Part shown: one piece after another, positions 20,394-29,110 of the stretch
Layout of the letters: every line of letters starts with the position of its first letter
Numbering within the stretch: position 1 is the first letter of the stretch
Assembly (NCBI GenBank): GCA_963978265.1
Contig: CAXBQV010000002.1
Span: 1 to 49,066, forward strand
DNA: 49,066 nt
Reading direction: 5' to 3'
Source: an uncultured bacterium
GTDB lineage: Bacteria; Actinomycetota; Actinomycetes; S36-B12; UBA5976
Program-made: the position numbers and the translations under genes
The notes under the pieces: model-generated
Database searches by the model: none
Told to the model about the DNA's origin: nothing
What the model saw: the letters and a program-made list of their open reading frames with translations, nothing else

Positions 20394-20720
20394 ATGCGAT
20401 ACCTCGTTGCCGTTATCGATGACCGCACCGGATTCTCCACACCCGAAGAGGCTGCTGCCATCGATGCCTTCAACGAGAAGCTCGAAGCAGGTGGGCATCG
20501 AGTGATGGCAGCGGGCATCGTTGCTCCACGTGATGCCGTACTGATTGACAACCGCAGCGGTGCCGGCATTGTCTCGCGAGGACCACTCGTCGATACACCG
20601 GAATACATGTCGGGGTTCTGGATCATCGAAGCTGCGAGTGATGACGAAGCACATGCACTTGCTGCCGAGGGTTCAAGTGCCTGCAATCGGAAAGTGGAAG
20701 TCCGCGCATTCCTTCGATAG
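20394..20720 (+). CDS. YciI-family protein
   Basis: About 108 aa with the YciI/DGPF-type pattern (MRYLVAVID...GPLVDTPEYMSGFWIIEAASDDEA). The start is ATG 20394. Confidence 0.75.
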   Translation: MRYLVAVIDDRTGFSTPEEAAAIDAFNEKLEAGGHRVMAAGIVAPRDAVLIDNRSGAGIVSRGPLVDTPEYMSGFWIIEAASDDEAHALAAEGSSACNRKVEVRAFLR

Positions 20721-20738
20721 TGGCGGCAGTCGAGCGCT

Positions 20739-21098
20739 TCAGTGCTTGGCTTGCGCCGTCTCCTGTTCGGGGTCCGGCATGATCGCCCGTATTTCCTGCG
20801 CACATCTGCAGGCCTCTGCGATCCGTGACGCCCATCTGAGTGCGTCGGATTCGGACTCCACGTCCAGCACTGTGAAGCCGCCGATGTGCACCGGGCTTTC
20901 CCGGAGTGCACCTGGGGTCACCGAACCATCCGTACCCACAACGCGGGGTGCATAACCGAGGAATCCACCGCCCACGATCCAGACTCCTGCAGCGATCGCG
21001 TCGTGCATCACCTTGTGCGCGGCTGCGGCTACGTCCGGCAAGTCCTCGGGCGGGAACTGCATGTCCCCGTCGTTGAAGGAGATGAAGTACCGAGCCAT
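20739..21098 (-). CDS. YciI-like (DGPF-domain) protein
   Basis: 119 aa: MARYFISFNDG...HIGGFTVLDVESESDAL, a YciI-like layout convergent with the previous gene. Confidence 0.65.
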   Translation of the reverse strand: MARYFISFNDGDMQFPPEDLPDVAAAAHKVMHDAIAAGVWIVGGGFLGYAPRVVGTDGSVTPGALRESPVHIGGFTVLDVESESDALRWASRIAEACRCAQEIRAIMPDPEQETAQAKH

Positions 21099-21121
21099 CG
21101 GATCTTCCCATCCACTTCTTG

Positions 21122-21205
21122 TGCGCGAGAGGGGAGTTGAACCCCTACACCCTTGCGAGTACTGGCACCTGAAGCCAGCGCGTCTGCCTATTCCGCCACT
21201 CGCGC
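21122..21205 (-). tRNA. tRNA-Leu (anticodon CAG)
   Basis: On the minus strand: acceptor GCGCGAG/CTCGCGC, anticodon stem CTGGC/GCCAG with loop TTCAGGT, a long variable arm, T arm AGGGG-TTCAACT-CCCCT. No encoded CCA. Confidence 0.92.
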
Positions 21206-21279
21206 TCGTGATTGCCGAAGCAACCGCGCCCGAAGGCTACCCCACCCCTTCACAAGGCGGGAAATGCGAGGATGGGCAG

Positions 21280-22584
21280 GTGAATCTGCAGCCGCTGCGG
21301 GAGCTTCTCGGTGCTCGACTCCAGACCGATCCTGCTGTCTGCGAGGGATTCGGAATCGACTGGACTGGGCGATACCGCGGTGAGGTGCTTGCGGTTGCCC
21401 GTCCGGAATCAACCGATGAAGTTGCCGCAGTGCTGCGAATCTGCAACGACCTTGGAATTCCGGTTGTGCCACAGGGCGGCAACACCGGACTGGTCGGTGG
21501 TTCCATTCCGCAACAGCGGCCCGCGATCGTGCTGAGCACACGTGCCCTGCGCATGGTCGGCGCTGTCGACCCGGTTTCGCAGCAGATCACAGTTGGAGCC
21601 GGTGTCACACTCGCGGAGGTTCAAACACTCGCTCTTGGTGCAGGATTCGAGTATGGCATCGATCTCGGTGCGCGCGAGAGTGCCACGATTGGGGGAACAG
21701 TCGCGACGAATGCCGGGGGCGTCAACGTCATCGCATACGGAATGACCCGTAAGCAGGTCGTCGGCATTGAGGCCGTGCTTCCCAACGGCGATGTCCTGAG
21801 CTCACTGCGCGGGCTTGCCAAGGACAACACCGGCTACGACATCTCTCAACTCATGTGTGGCTCCGAAGGCACGCTCGGCGTGATCACCAAGGTTCGGTTG
21901 CAGCTGCAGCGGCCATGGGGCGACACCACAACCACGATGATCGGTGTGCAGTCGTACGCTGCAGCGATCGAGCTCGTGCGAAGACTTGCGTTGACGGCTC
22001 GCATCAAGGCGGCTGAGGTCTTCGACTGGTTCGGACTTGAACTTGCGATGCGGCATCTCGGAATTGCTTCCCCTCTTGCACAACGGACTCCGCTGGTGCT
22101 CCTCGTCGAATTCTCGGGTGACGCCGAGCTGCCGGACCCGGCCATTGTCGCGACTGATCCCAGAGACCGTCTTCGTCTGTGGAACCTTCGCGAATCACTG
22201 CCTGAGCTCGTATCTCGCGAGGGTCTTACGCACAAGCTTGATATTGCAGTCACGCCCGCAGCCTTGGACACCTTTGCCGAACGGGCGCATGCGATTCTGC
22301 GCAACAGTGCTGTGACCTGCCGCCTGCTGTTCGGGCATCTCCTCGATGGCAATCTGCATGTGTCCTTCGTCGGACCCACAGCAGCTGATGCGGCAATCGA
22401 GACCGAACTCCTTGCGCTCGTTGCAGACCTCAAGGGCACCATCAGCGCCGAGCACGGGATTGGGACGCAGAAGGTGCAAGCGCTGCACCTCGTGCGCAGT
22501 GCGCAGGAGATCGCGACGATGCGGGCGATCAAGTCGGCCCTCGATCCACACAACATCATGAATCCGGGAGTGCTGTTCGCATGA
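21280..22584 (+). CDS. FAD-binding oxidoreductase (GlcD / D-lactate dehydrogenase-like, FAD_binding_4)
   Basis: ARPESTDEVAAVLRICNDLGIPVVPQGGNTGLVGGS is an FAD-binding PCMH segment. GTG 21280 is preceded by GAGGA. The track ORF start at 21013 runs across tRNA-Leu and is rejected. Confidence 0.8.
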   Translation: MNLQPLRELLGARLQTDPAVCEGFGIDWTGRYRGEVLAVARPESTDEVAAVLRICNDLGIPVVPQGGNTGLVGGSIPQQRPAIVLSTRALRMVGAVDPVSQQITVGAGVTLAEVQTLALGAGFEYGIDLGARESATIGGTVATNAGGVNVIAYGMTRKQVVGIEAVLPNGDVLSSLRGLAKDNTGYDISQLMCGSEGTLGVITKVRLQLQRPWGDTTTTMIGVQSYAAAIELVRRLALTARIKAAEVFDWFGLELAMRHLGIASPLAQRTPLVLLVEFSGDAELPDPAIVATDPRDRLRLWNLRESLPELVSREGLTHKLDIAVTPAALDTFAERAHAILRNSAVTCRLLFGHLLDGNLHVSFVGPTAADAAIETELLALVADLKGTISAEHGIGTQKVQALHLVRSAQEIATMRAIKSALDPHNIMNPGVLFA

Positions 22585-23312
22585 CCTTTGTCTACGCCCA
22601 TCGTGGTGCTTCTGCCGCTTTCCCGGAACACAGCCTTCCGGCCTACGAAGAAGCGCTGCGATGTGGTGCCGACGGTGTCGAGTGCGACATCCGGCTCACA
22701 GCAGATGGCGTTGCCGTGCTGTGGCACGACGACACCGTCGACCGCTGCAGCGACGGAACAGGACGCATTTCGGGTATGACCCTGTCGCAGTTGCGAACAC
22801 TGGATGTCTACAACTGGCGTGCTGACGTGCCGCCGAGCAACGAGACGAGAATCATGACCCTCGAGGAGTTGCTCGAACTCACGACGTCACACTCCGCATT
22901 GGTGCGTCTCGCGATCGAGACGAAGCATCCCGTGCGAACCGGTGGCGCGATCGAGCGCGAGTTGGCCAGGCTGCTCAAGCGATTCGGGATCGCGGACGAT
23001 CGGGAACGGGTCATGACGATGTCGTTCAGTCGGCGGGCCGTAGCGCGGGCCGCCTCACTCTTGCCAGCCCTCGACCACGTGTATCTCGTCGAGCGACGGG
23101 ACTGCTTCGTTCGGAATGCGCACACGCCGAACGGCGCGACGTTCATGGGCCCGGATGTGCAGTTCGTGCTCGACGATCCGGCGCTGGTTGAGCGCTCACA
23201 CGAAAACGGGACAAAGGTGTACGTCTGGACTGTCGACGACCCGGCAGTGGCTGCCCGGTGCCGGGAGCTGGGCGTCGACGCCCTTGCTACCAACCGTCCG
23301 GCCGAAATCTGA
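22581..23312 (+). CDS. Glycerophosphodiester phosphodiesterase
   Basis: AHRGAS...PEHSL..Y and ECDIRLTADGVAVLWHDDTVDR are GDPD motifs. An ATGA overlap joins it to the upstream gene. Confidence 0.9.
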   Translation: MTFVYAHRGASAAFPEHSLPAYEEALRCGADGVECDIRLTADGVAVLWHDDTVDRCSDGTGRISGMTLSQLRTLDVYNWRADVPPSNETRIMTLEELLELTTSHSALVRLAIETKHPVRTGGAIERELARLLKRFGIADDRERVMTMSFSRRAVARAASLLPALDHVYLVERRDCFVRNAHTPNGATFMGPDVQFVLDDPALVERSHENGTKVYVWTVDDPAVAARCRELGVDALATNRPAEI

Positions 23313-23322
23313 CCCTGAAAAG

Positions 23323-23362
23323 CCCACGACCGCCGTCGACGGGGGATGCGACAGCGGTCGGG
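23323..23362 (+). terminator. GC-rich hairpin downstream of the GDPD gene (possible U-tract-less terminator)
   Basis: CCC(A)CGACCGC pairs with GCGGTCGGG around a 20-nt loop, starting 11 nt after the stop. There is no T-run. Confidence 0.3.
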
Positions 23363-23430
23363 TAGGTGCAAAGGTAGGTTGAGACGCGCACTCGGGCAAC
23401 GTGAATCGCTTAGAAAACCCTGATATTAAA

Positions 23431-23466
23431 GCAAACTTTACCTACGAGAGACATTGCAGAGTTTGC
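23431..23466 (-). terminator. Putative intrinsic terminator of the UPF0016 transporter gene
   Basis: GCAAACT/AGTTTGC is a perfect 7-bp inverted repeat, extendable by 2 pairs. On the minus strand it is followed by TTTAATATCAGGGTTTTCT. Confidence 0.45.
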
Positions 23467-23479
23467 CGCGATGTATTGG

Positions 23480-24046
23480 TCAGATTAGGCCCTCGGCGAT
23501 CAGCCAGGCGCCGAACAGGAAGAACAGGATCGATGCCCCTGTCTTGATGAGTCGCTCCGGCAGGTGGCGGCCGAGCATGTTGCCCACCGCGATTGCCAGG
23601 GCGTCTGCCGCGACCATGCCGAGTGTCGAGCCGAGCCAGATGCCGAACCACGGCTGGTTCGTCGCCAATGTGATGGTGGCGAGCATCGTCTTGTCGCCCA
23701 ACTCCGCGAGGAAGAACGCACCGGCAACTGCGAAGAACGCGGAACGGGTGCTTCGCTCGGCCTTGGACGCCTCATCCTCACTCAACTCGTCACCACGTAG
23801 CGTCCAGAACCCGAACCCGAAAAAGGCCAGTCCTGCAACAACATTGATCACGTTCGTAGGAAGTGCTCCTCCGACGAATCCGCCGACCGCAACTGACACC
23901 AGATGCACGACCGCAGTCGCAGCAGTGATCGCACCGACGACGGTCCAGAACTTGTAGCGGGTTGCGAACGTCATCGCCATCAACTGCGACTTGTCCCCGA
24001 GTTCGGCGACGAAGATGACGCCGAAACTGAGCAGGAATGCGTACAT
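23480..24046 (-). CDS. UPF0016 / GDT1 (TMEM165)-family cation (Mn2+/Ca2+) transporter
   Basis: The two signature repeats are VAELGDKSQL and LAELGDKTML (E-x-G-D-K-S/T). Six TM segments. Confidence 0.9.
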   Translation of the reverse strand: MYAFLLSFGVIFVAELGDKSQLMAMTFATRYKFWTVVGAITAATAVVHLVSVAVGGFVGGALPTNVINVVAGLAFFGFGFWTLRGDELSEDEASKAERSTRSAFFAVAGAFFLAELGDKTMLATITLATNQPWFGIWLGSTLGMVAADALAIAVGNMLGRHLPERLIKTGASILFFLFGAWLIAEGLI

Positions 24047-24097
24047 GTGGCTCCTTCGGGCGTAACCCTACTGAAGGGCTCGCGTAGGCTTTCGCCC

Positions 24098-24577
24098 ATG
24101 TCCCAGACGGATCAGCTGGTTGCGGCGCTCGCCGCAGTTGCAGGTGTTGCACTTCTGCTTGCCGTCATTGCGCAGGTCCGACTGAGCAAGGTGCGGAAGG
24201 ATCTCTTGCTGGCGCGTGGTCGTGATGGCGAAGCATCATTCGTCGAAGCGGTGGCGGAACATGTTCGCCAGACCAAGCAGCTGCAATCCGACGTAGAGAA
24301 AGTGCAGGCCCAACTCGCAATCGCCCAGCGGGATGTGAGTGCCGCCCTTCGACATGTATCCGTTGTGCGCTTCGACGCGTTCGGCGACATGGGCGGCCGC
24401 CTTTCGTTCACAACCGCTCTCCTCGACGACAACGGTGATGGCCTGCTCTTGACATCGATCCATGGTCATACCGAATCACGTATGTACTTGAAGACGGTCG
24501 TCAACCGAAAAGTCGATGGCCGCATATCTTCCGAAGAAGAGGAAGCAATTGCACACGCCAAGCCGGTGAGTGACTGA
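24098..24577 (+). CDS. DUF4446-family protein
   Basis: N-terminal TM segment, coiled coil, and a C-terminal segment VVRFDAFGDMGGRLSFTTALLDDNGDGLLLTSIHG typical of this family as I recall it. ATG 24098. Confidence 0.7.
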   Translation: MSQTDQLVAALAAVAGVALLLAVIAQVRLSKVRKDLLLARGRDGEASFVEAVAEHVRQTKQLQSDVEKVQAQLAIAQRDVSAALRHVSVVRFDAFGDMGGRLSFTTALLDDNGDGLLLTSIHGHTESRMYLKTVVNRKVDGRISSEEEEAIAHAKPVSD

Positions 24578-25509
24578 TGACCCGCATCGGATTCCTCGGC
24601 CCACGCGGAACGTTCACTGAAGCAGCGCTGCGTTCCATGGATGCAGCACGCGATGGTGAACTCGTCGAATTCAAGACAGTTGGACTCGCACTGAATGCTG
24701 TGCGAAATGGAGACGTCGATTCCGCACTCGTTCCGTTCGAGAACTCGGTCGAAGGCTCCGTCTCTGCGACGCTCGACGAACTCTCGTACGGACAGCCACT
24801 CGTCATCATCGACGAAGTCGCATGGAAGGTCGAGTTCGCCCTGATGGCGCGTCCGGGGACGAAGTTGGATGACATCGTCCTGTACACCACCCACCCGCAC
24901 GCCTATGCGCAATGCCGCGACTGGTTGGCGAACGCGCTACCGAACGCGCACTACGCGGCTGCATTGTCGACGGCGGCGGGCGCTGAGGATGTCGCGGATC
25001 CGGCATCGCGATTCCAGGCCGCAATCGCTCCTCGCCTGGCTGCGGAGCACTACGGATTGGATGTACTGGCGGACAACATTGGTGACAACGATGCAGCCCA
25101 CACACGATTCGTATTGATTGGCCCCACGCAGCAGCCTGCTCCTGCTACCGGCGCTGATTGCACGACACTCACCATCTTCATCAGGCAGGACCATGCAGGG
25201 GCACTGCTGGAGATCCTCAATGAGTTCGCGGTGCGCGGCATCAACCTGACGCGAATCGAATCCCGTCCGACGAAGAAGCAACTCGGCGACTACTTCTTCT
25301 CACTCGACATCCAAGGGCATATCAACGAGGCGCGGGTCGGGGAGGCGCTGGCAGGACTGCAACGCATCTGCCTCGAGGTGCGATACTTGGGCTCTTACCC
25401 ACGGCATGATGGAAGAGCGAATCTGGCGCCGATCACAACGTCTGATGCAGCCTTTGCGGAATCGTCGGAGTGGCTGCGAAATCTTCGCGCGACCGGACGC
25501 TCGAACTAG
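24577..25509 (+). CDS. pheA: Prephenate dehydratase
   Basis: IGFLGPRGTFTEAA, the TRF motif (HTRFVLIG) and a C-terminal ACT domain with ESRPTKKQLGDYFF are present. A TGATG junction joins it to the upstream gene. Confidence 0.93.
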   Translation: MTRIGFLGPRGTFTEAALRSMDAARDGELVEFKTVGLALNAVRNGDVDSALVPFENSVEGSVSATLDELSYGQPLVIIDEVAWKVEFALMARPGTKLDDIVLYTTHPHAYAQCRDWLANALPNAHYAAALSTAAGAEDVADPASRFQAAIAPRLAAEHYGLDVLADNIGDNDAAHTRFVLIGPTQQPAPATGADCTTLTIFIRQDHAGALLEILNEFAVRGINLTRIESRPTKKQLGDYFFSLDIQGHINEARVGEALAGLQRICLEVRYLGSYPRHDGRANLAPITTSDAAFAESSEWLRNLRATGRSN

Positions 25510-25712
25510 CGAACGAGTTCGTATCCTGCTTCATCAACTGCTGCGGCAACGTCATCAACACTGAGTGCACCTGCGGACTCCACGGTGACAACCCCGGTCT
25601 CCACTGAAACCTGTACGTCGTTGACTCCTGCGAGCTTCTTGATTTCGGTGGTGACGGCCTGCGCACAATGACCGCACGTCATACCCTGAACATTGAATTC
25701 GGTATTGATCAT
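25506..25712 (-). CDS. Heavy-metal-associated (HMA) domain protein, CopZ-like
   Basis: 68 aa with a GMTCGHC metal-binding motif. An ATGA overlap joins it to the ddl stop. Confidence 0.9.
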   Translation of the reverse strand: MINTEFNVQGMTCGHCAQAVTTEIKKLAGVNDVQVSVETGVVTVESAGALSVDDVAAAVDEAGYELVR

Positions 25713-26656
25713 GCTGTCACCTTACGTCGTGCTGCGGTTTCGACCAAAGCCTTCATCACGTCACCGAGACCGAGTCCGGCAGCTTCGACTGCAAGTGGAA
25801 ACAGTGACGTTTCAGTCATTCCCGGTGCAACGTTGACCTCCAGGAACCAGATGTCACCGTTCGCGTCGACGATGAGATCGCTACGGGACAGGTCGCGCAG
25901 ACCGAGGGCCATGTGCGCGTCGATCGCAACCTTGGCGGCCGCTGCCGCAGTGCCTGCTTCGAGCCGGGCGGGTGCGAAGAACTCGGTTGTTCCTGCGGTG
26001 TATCGCGCCGCATAGTCGTAGAAGCCGCCGTCAGGCACGATCTCGACAGCCGGAAGTGCTTCGGGCACCCCATCGCGCTCGATGACGGAGACCGCAATCT
26101 CGGTGCCATCGATGAATTGCTCGACAAGTGCGACATCCCCGTATGCGAACGAAGCAACCAGCGCCGCTGGCAGTTCGCGGATGTCCCGCACGACAGTTGC
26201 GCCGAGGCTGGAGCCACTCTTGGTCGGCTTCACGATCGCCGGAAGTCCGACTTTCTCTGCGACTGCCTTGATGACCGCGTCTGCACCGAGTTCACGAAAT
26301 GTCGAGTGGGGGAGTGCAACCGACTTCGGAGTTCTGATGCCGGCTGCATGGGCGACCGCCTTGGCGATCGGCTTGTCGAATGCGATCCGGCATGCATCCG
26401 GCCGTGAGCCGACATACGCGACGTGAAGCGCTTCGAGCACGTCTCGCAGTGAACCGTCTTCCCCGTTCGTTCCATGCAGCAAGGGGACGACGACGCTGGG
26501 GGCCTCGATCTCCCATTGTCCGAGCAGTTTGGCGTCGACGTCGCTTACCGTGACGGGGATGCCGAGGTCCCGGAGCGACTCGGCGATTCGACGGCCGGAA
26601 CGCAACGACACATCGCGCTCATGGGAAAGGCCACCGGCAAGGATGACGATGTTCAT
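25709..26656 (-). CDS. ddl: D-alanine--D-alanine ligase
   Basis: ILAGGLSHERDVSLRSG N-terminus, ATP-grasp core, FYDYAARY omega-loop region and EVNVAPGMTETSLFP are present. Confidence 0.93.
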   Translation of the reverse strand: MNIVILAGGLSHERDVSLRSGRRIAESLRDLGIPVTVSDVDAKLLGQWEIEAPSVVVPLLHGTNGEDGSLRDVLEALHVAYVGSRPDACRIAFDKPIAKAVAHAAGIRTPKSVALPHSTFRELGADAVIKAVAEKVGLPAIVKPTKSGSSLGATVVRDIRELPAALVASFAYGDVALVEQFIDGTEIAVSVIERDGVPEALPAVEIVPDGGFYDYAARYTAGTTEFFAPARLEAGTAAAAAKVAIDAHMALGLRDLSRSDLIVDANGDIWFLEVNVAPGMTETSLFPLAVEAAGLGLGDVMKALVETAARRKVTA

Positions 26657-27963
26657 TGCATGTCCGGAGCGGGTGTGTTGGCACCGAAGGTCGGCATCGG
26701 CGTGTGCGGCATCGCGTCCGGCCCGAACGTCTCGAGCAGCTCGAGTTCCGTCTTGATGACGCCGGCAAGGCGAGCGACACCTTCCTTGATCCGCTCCGGC
26801 GTCGGGTAGCAGTACGACAGGCGCATCTCGCTGCGGCCTTCGCCGTTGACATAGAAACCGGTGCCGGGAACGTAGGCCACAAGTGCGGTGACGGCGCGCG
26901 GCAGCATCGCCTTGGCGTCAACGCCTTCGGGAAGTGTGAGCCACGAATAGAACCCACCCGTCGGTTTCGTCCAGGTGGTGCCTGTCGGCATCAAGGCCTC
27001 CATCGAGTCGAGCAGTGCATCACGACGCTCGTGGTACACCTCGCGGAAACTCTTGATCTGTTCCTTCCACGGCTGCGTTGCGAGATAGCGGGAAACCGTC
27101 ATCTGCGTGAAGTTGCTCGGGCAGAGAATCGCGGACTCCGCAGCAATCACCAACTTCTCGCGGATTGCATGCGGCGCAAGCGCCCATCCGACGCGAAGTC
27201 CGGATGCGATCGTCTTCGAGAACGAACCGAGGTAGACCACATGCTCGGCGTCGTCGGCGCGGATAGCACGCGGCGTCTGCCCGTCGAAACCAAGAAGTCC
27301 GTACGGGTCATCCTCGAGCAGCAAGATGTGCTCACGTTTGGCGATATCGAGAATCTGTTGACGTCGTTCAGGTCCTTGCGAGATTCCACCCGGGTTGTGG
27401 TACGACGGAATCGTGTACAGGAGCTTGATGTTCTTCCCCTGTGCACGCACGGCAGTAATGGTCTCCTGCAGCGCGTCTGGGTTCAGCCCCTCGTCATCCA
27501 TCGCAACATGCACGACGTCTGCTTCATACGCACGGAACACACCAAGTGCGCCGACATACGACGGCGCTTCGACGAGGACGACATCACCGGGATTGCAGAA
27601 GACGCGCACCATCAGGTCGAGCGCCATCTGCGAACCGGCGGTGACGACGATGTCGTCCGGATGCGCGTGGATGCCCACGAGGGACATAACTTCGGTTATC
27701 TGCTCGCGCAGCACGGGATCGCCTTGGCCGGAGCCGTACTGAAGGGCAACCGCACCCTGCTCCTTGATCATCCGCTGAACAGTGTCGGCCAACTGCTCCA
27801 TAGGAAGCGCATTCACGTACGGCATGCCACCGGCGAGGCTCACCACCTCGGGGCGGGACGCGACTGCGAACAGTGAACGGATCTCGGAAACCGTCATGCT
27901 GGAGGTGCGGGCGGCATACGAATCCACCCAGGGATCGAGTCGTGAACCGACGATTCGCGTCAT
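26653..27963 (-). CDS. PLP-dependent aminotransferase, class I (ARO8/LysN-like)
   Basis: The PLP lysine lies in GSFSKTIASGLRVGW, and YTIPSYHNPGG is present. ATG 27963 is preceded by GAAGGAGG. The track start at 28407 overlaps cwlM and is rejected. Confidence 0.88.
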   Translation of the reverse strand: MTRIVGSRLDPWVDSYAARTSSMTVSEIRSLFAVASRPEVVSLAGGMPYVNALPMEQLADTVQRMIKEQGAVALQYGSGQGDPVLREQITEVMSLVGIHAHPDDIVVTAGSQMALDLMVRVFCNPGDVVLVEAPSYVGALGVFRAYEADVVHVAMDDEGLNPDALQETITAVRAQGKNIKLLYTIPSYHNPGGISQGPERRQQILDIAKREHILLLEDDPYGLLGFDGQTPRAIRADDAEHVVYLGSFSKTIASGLRVGWALAPHAIREKLVIAAESAILCPSNFTQMTVSRYLATQPWKEQIKSFREVYHERRDALLDSMEALMPTGTTWTKPTGGFYSWLTLPEGVDAKAMLPRAVTALVAYVPGTGFYVNGEGRSEMRLSYCYPTPERIKEGVARLAGVIKTELELLETFGPDAMPHTPMPTFGANTPAPDMQ

Positions 27964-27967
27964 TGCC

Positions 27968-27985
27968 GCACCTCCTTCGAGGTGC
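27968..27985 (-). promoter_or_regulatory. Perfect 7-bp hairpin enclosing the aminotransferase Shine-Dalgarno
   Basis: The minus-strand RNA is GCACCUC-GAAG-GAGGUGC, then GGCA-AUG. The GGAGG core sits in the loop and 3' arm. Confidence 0.3.
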
Positions 27986-28024
27986 AAAGTCTCCCCTATC
28001 CGCGCACGTCGCGCCGAATCGGGG

Positions 28025-29107
28025 TCAGACGGGTGTGAAGAAGGCGACGATCCCGCTTGCGATCGACTCTGCAAGGTCGTCGATGAATACCGGGTCCGCC
28101 CAGCGAGCCGCATCCGCGGGATTCGAGAGGTAGCCGGCCTCGATCCACACGGTTGGCATCTTCGTGAGTCGCAGGAGTTCCCAGGTCTTGTGCTGGACGC
28201 GGCAATCGTCGAGATCAGTCGCGTTGAGAATCGCGGAATGGATCCGTCGCGCTGCGCGCTCACCTGAATGCGACCAACCACCATCTTTGGCCACGCCGTA
28301 GTGGAAGCATGCGACGCCGGCGGCCCGTGGGCTTTCGCAGGCATCGATGTGCAGCGACAGGAGCAAGTCGGCCTTGGTTTCGTTCGCGAAGTTGGCACGC
28401 TCGACATCCGTCAGTGACGGTACAGGTCCATGTGCTGCGCGGGTGAGGAGAACGGTTGTTCCGAGTGCCGCAAGCCGTCCTTCGATGCGGGCCACCAGGT
28501 CTCCGACCAACTCCGCTTCGCACAACGAGCCGACACAGTGCCCGCGATCATCACCACCATGCGCCGCATCGAGCACGATCACCTTGTCGCTGATACCGGT
28601 GCGCAATGAGTCGAGCAGCACATGTTGACGAAGACGTTCCGGTTCGCCGCCGATGACGGAGCGGGACAGTCGATCAAGTGCTCGGAAGGTTTCAACGCCG
28701 GCAGTGCCATCTGCACTGACGCCGACACCGCGCTGGAAGTCGCGCAAGGCCAGGTCGGTCTGCTGCCCGAAGATGCCGTCAATGCGGCCGGCGTCGAACC
28801 CGAGATGTGTCAGACGTCGTTGCAGAGTTGCGACGTCATCACCGCGCATGAGATGACCGGGTGTGAAGGAAAGCGCCCGATCACCGAGTTGCCAGCGCGC
28901 CTCTTCGAGGTGGCGCAGTGTGTGCGAACCGACGACACCGTCGACAGTGAGCCCTCGCTGTTGTTGGAACGAACGAACTGCGGCGTCGATTTCGGTATCG
29001 AAGTCGTCCTTCCCGGGGCTGTTTCGGATCAGCCCGAGGCGATCAAGCCGTGCCCGGAGTTCTGCGATCTCCGGACCGCAGTCACCAAGGCGCAGGGCCG
29101 GTGACAT
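28025..29107 (-). CDS. cwlM: N-acetylmuramoyl-L-alanine amidase family protein with two PG-binding domains (CwlM-like)
   Basis: Two PG_binding_1 repeats (AVRSFQQQRGLTVDGVVG; ALRDFQRGVGVSADGTAG) precede an Amidase_3 domain (VLDAAHGGDDRGH...LSLHID...EAGYLSN). It sits 3 nt downstream of trxA, as in mycobacteria. Confidence 0.88.
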   Translation of the reverse strand: MSPALRLGDCGPEIAELRARLDRLGLIRNSPGKDDFDTEIDAAVRSFQQQRGLTVDGVVGSHTLRHLEEARWQLGDRALSFTPGHLMRGDDVATLQRRLTHLGFDAGRIDGIFGQQTDLALRDFQRGVGVSADGTAGVETFRALDRLSRSVIGGEPERLRQHVLLDSLRTGISDKVIVLDAAHGGDDRGHCVGSLCEAELVGDLVARIEGRLAALGTTVLLTRAAHGPVPSLTDVERANFANETKADLLLSLHIDACESPRAAGVACFHYGVAKDGGWSHSGERAARRIHSAILNATDLDDCRVQHKTWELLRLTKMPTVWIEAGYLSNPADAARWADPVFIDDLAESIASGIVAFFTPV

Positions 29108-29110
29108 TGC

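Noticed and set aside
19458-21205. tRNA-Leu as an integration site with the PAP2/YciI genes as a small genomic island.
   Set aside because: There is no integrase, no direct repeat of the tRNA 3' end in the flanking sequence that I could find, and no obvious compositional shift. The genes look like ordinary actinobacterial housekeeping or accessory metabolism.
21013-21279. 5' extension of the FAD oxidoreductase ORF running across tRNA-Leu. Similar long N-terminal extensions occur in the track at 620-727 (recF), 4381-4458 (gyrA), 27964-28407 (aminotransferase), 32054-32236 (murJ), 20331-20654 (PAP2) and 14585-14647 (pbpA).
   Set aside because: The extensions overlap neighbouring genes or a tRNA, lack homology-like sequence, and internal starts with good SD sequences or ATGA/GTGA coupling fit the conserved N-termini.
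24047-24097. Possible yybP-ykoY (Mn2+) riboswitch upstream of the UPF0016/GDT1 transporter.
   Set aside because: Only 51 nt separate the transporter start from the divergent DUF4446 start. That is too short for the roughly 100+ nt four-way-junction riboswitch, and no conserved riboswitch segments were recognisable.
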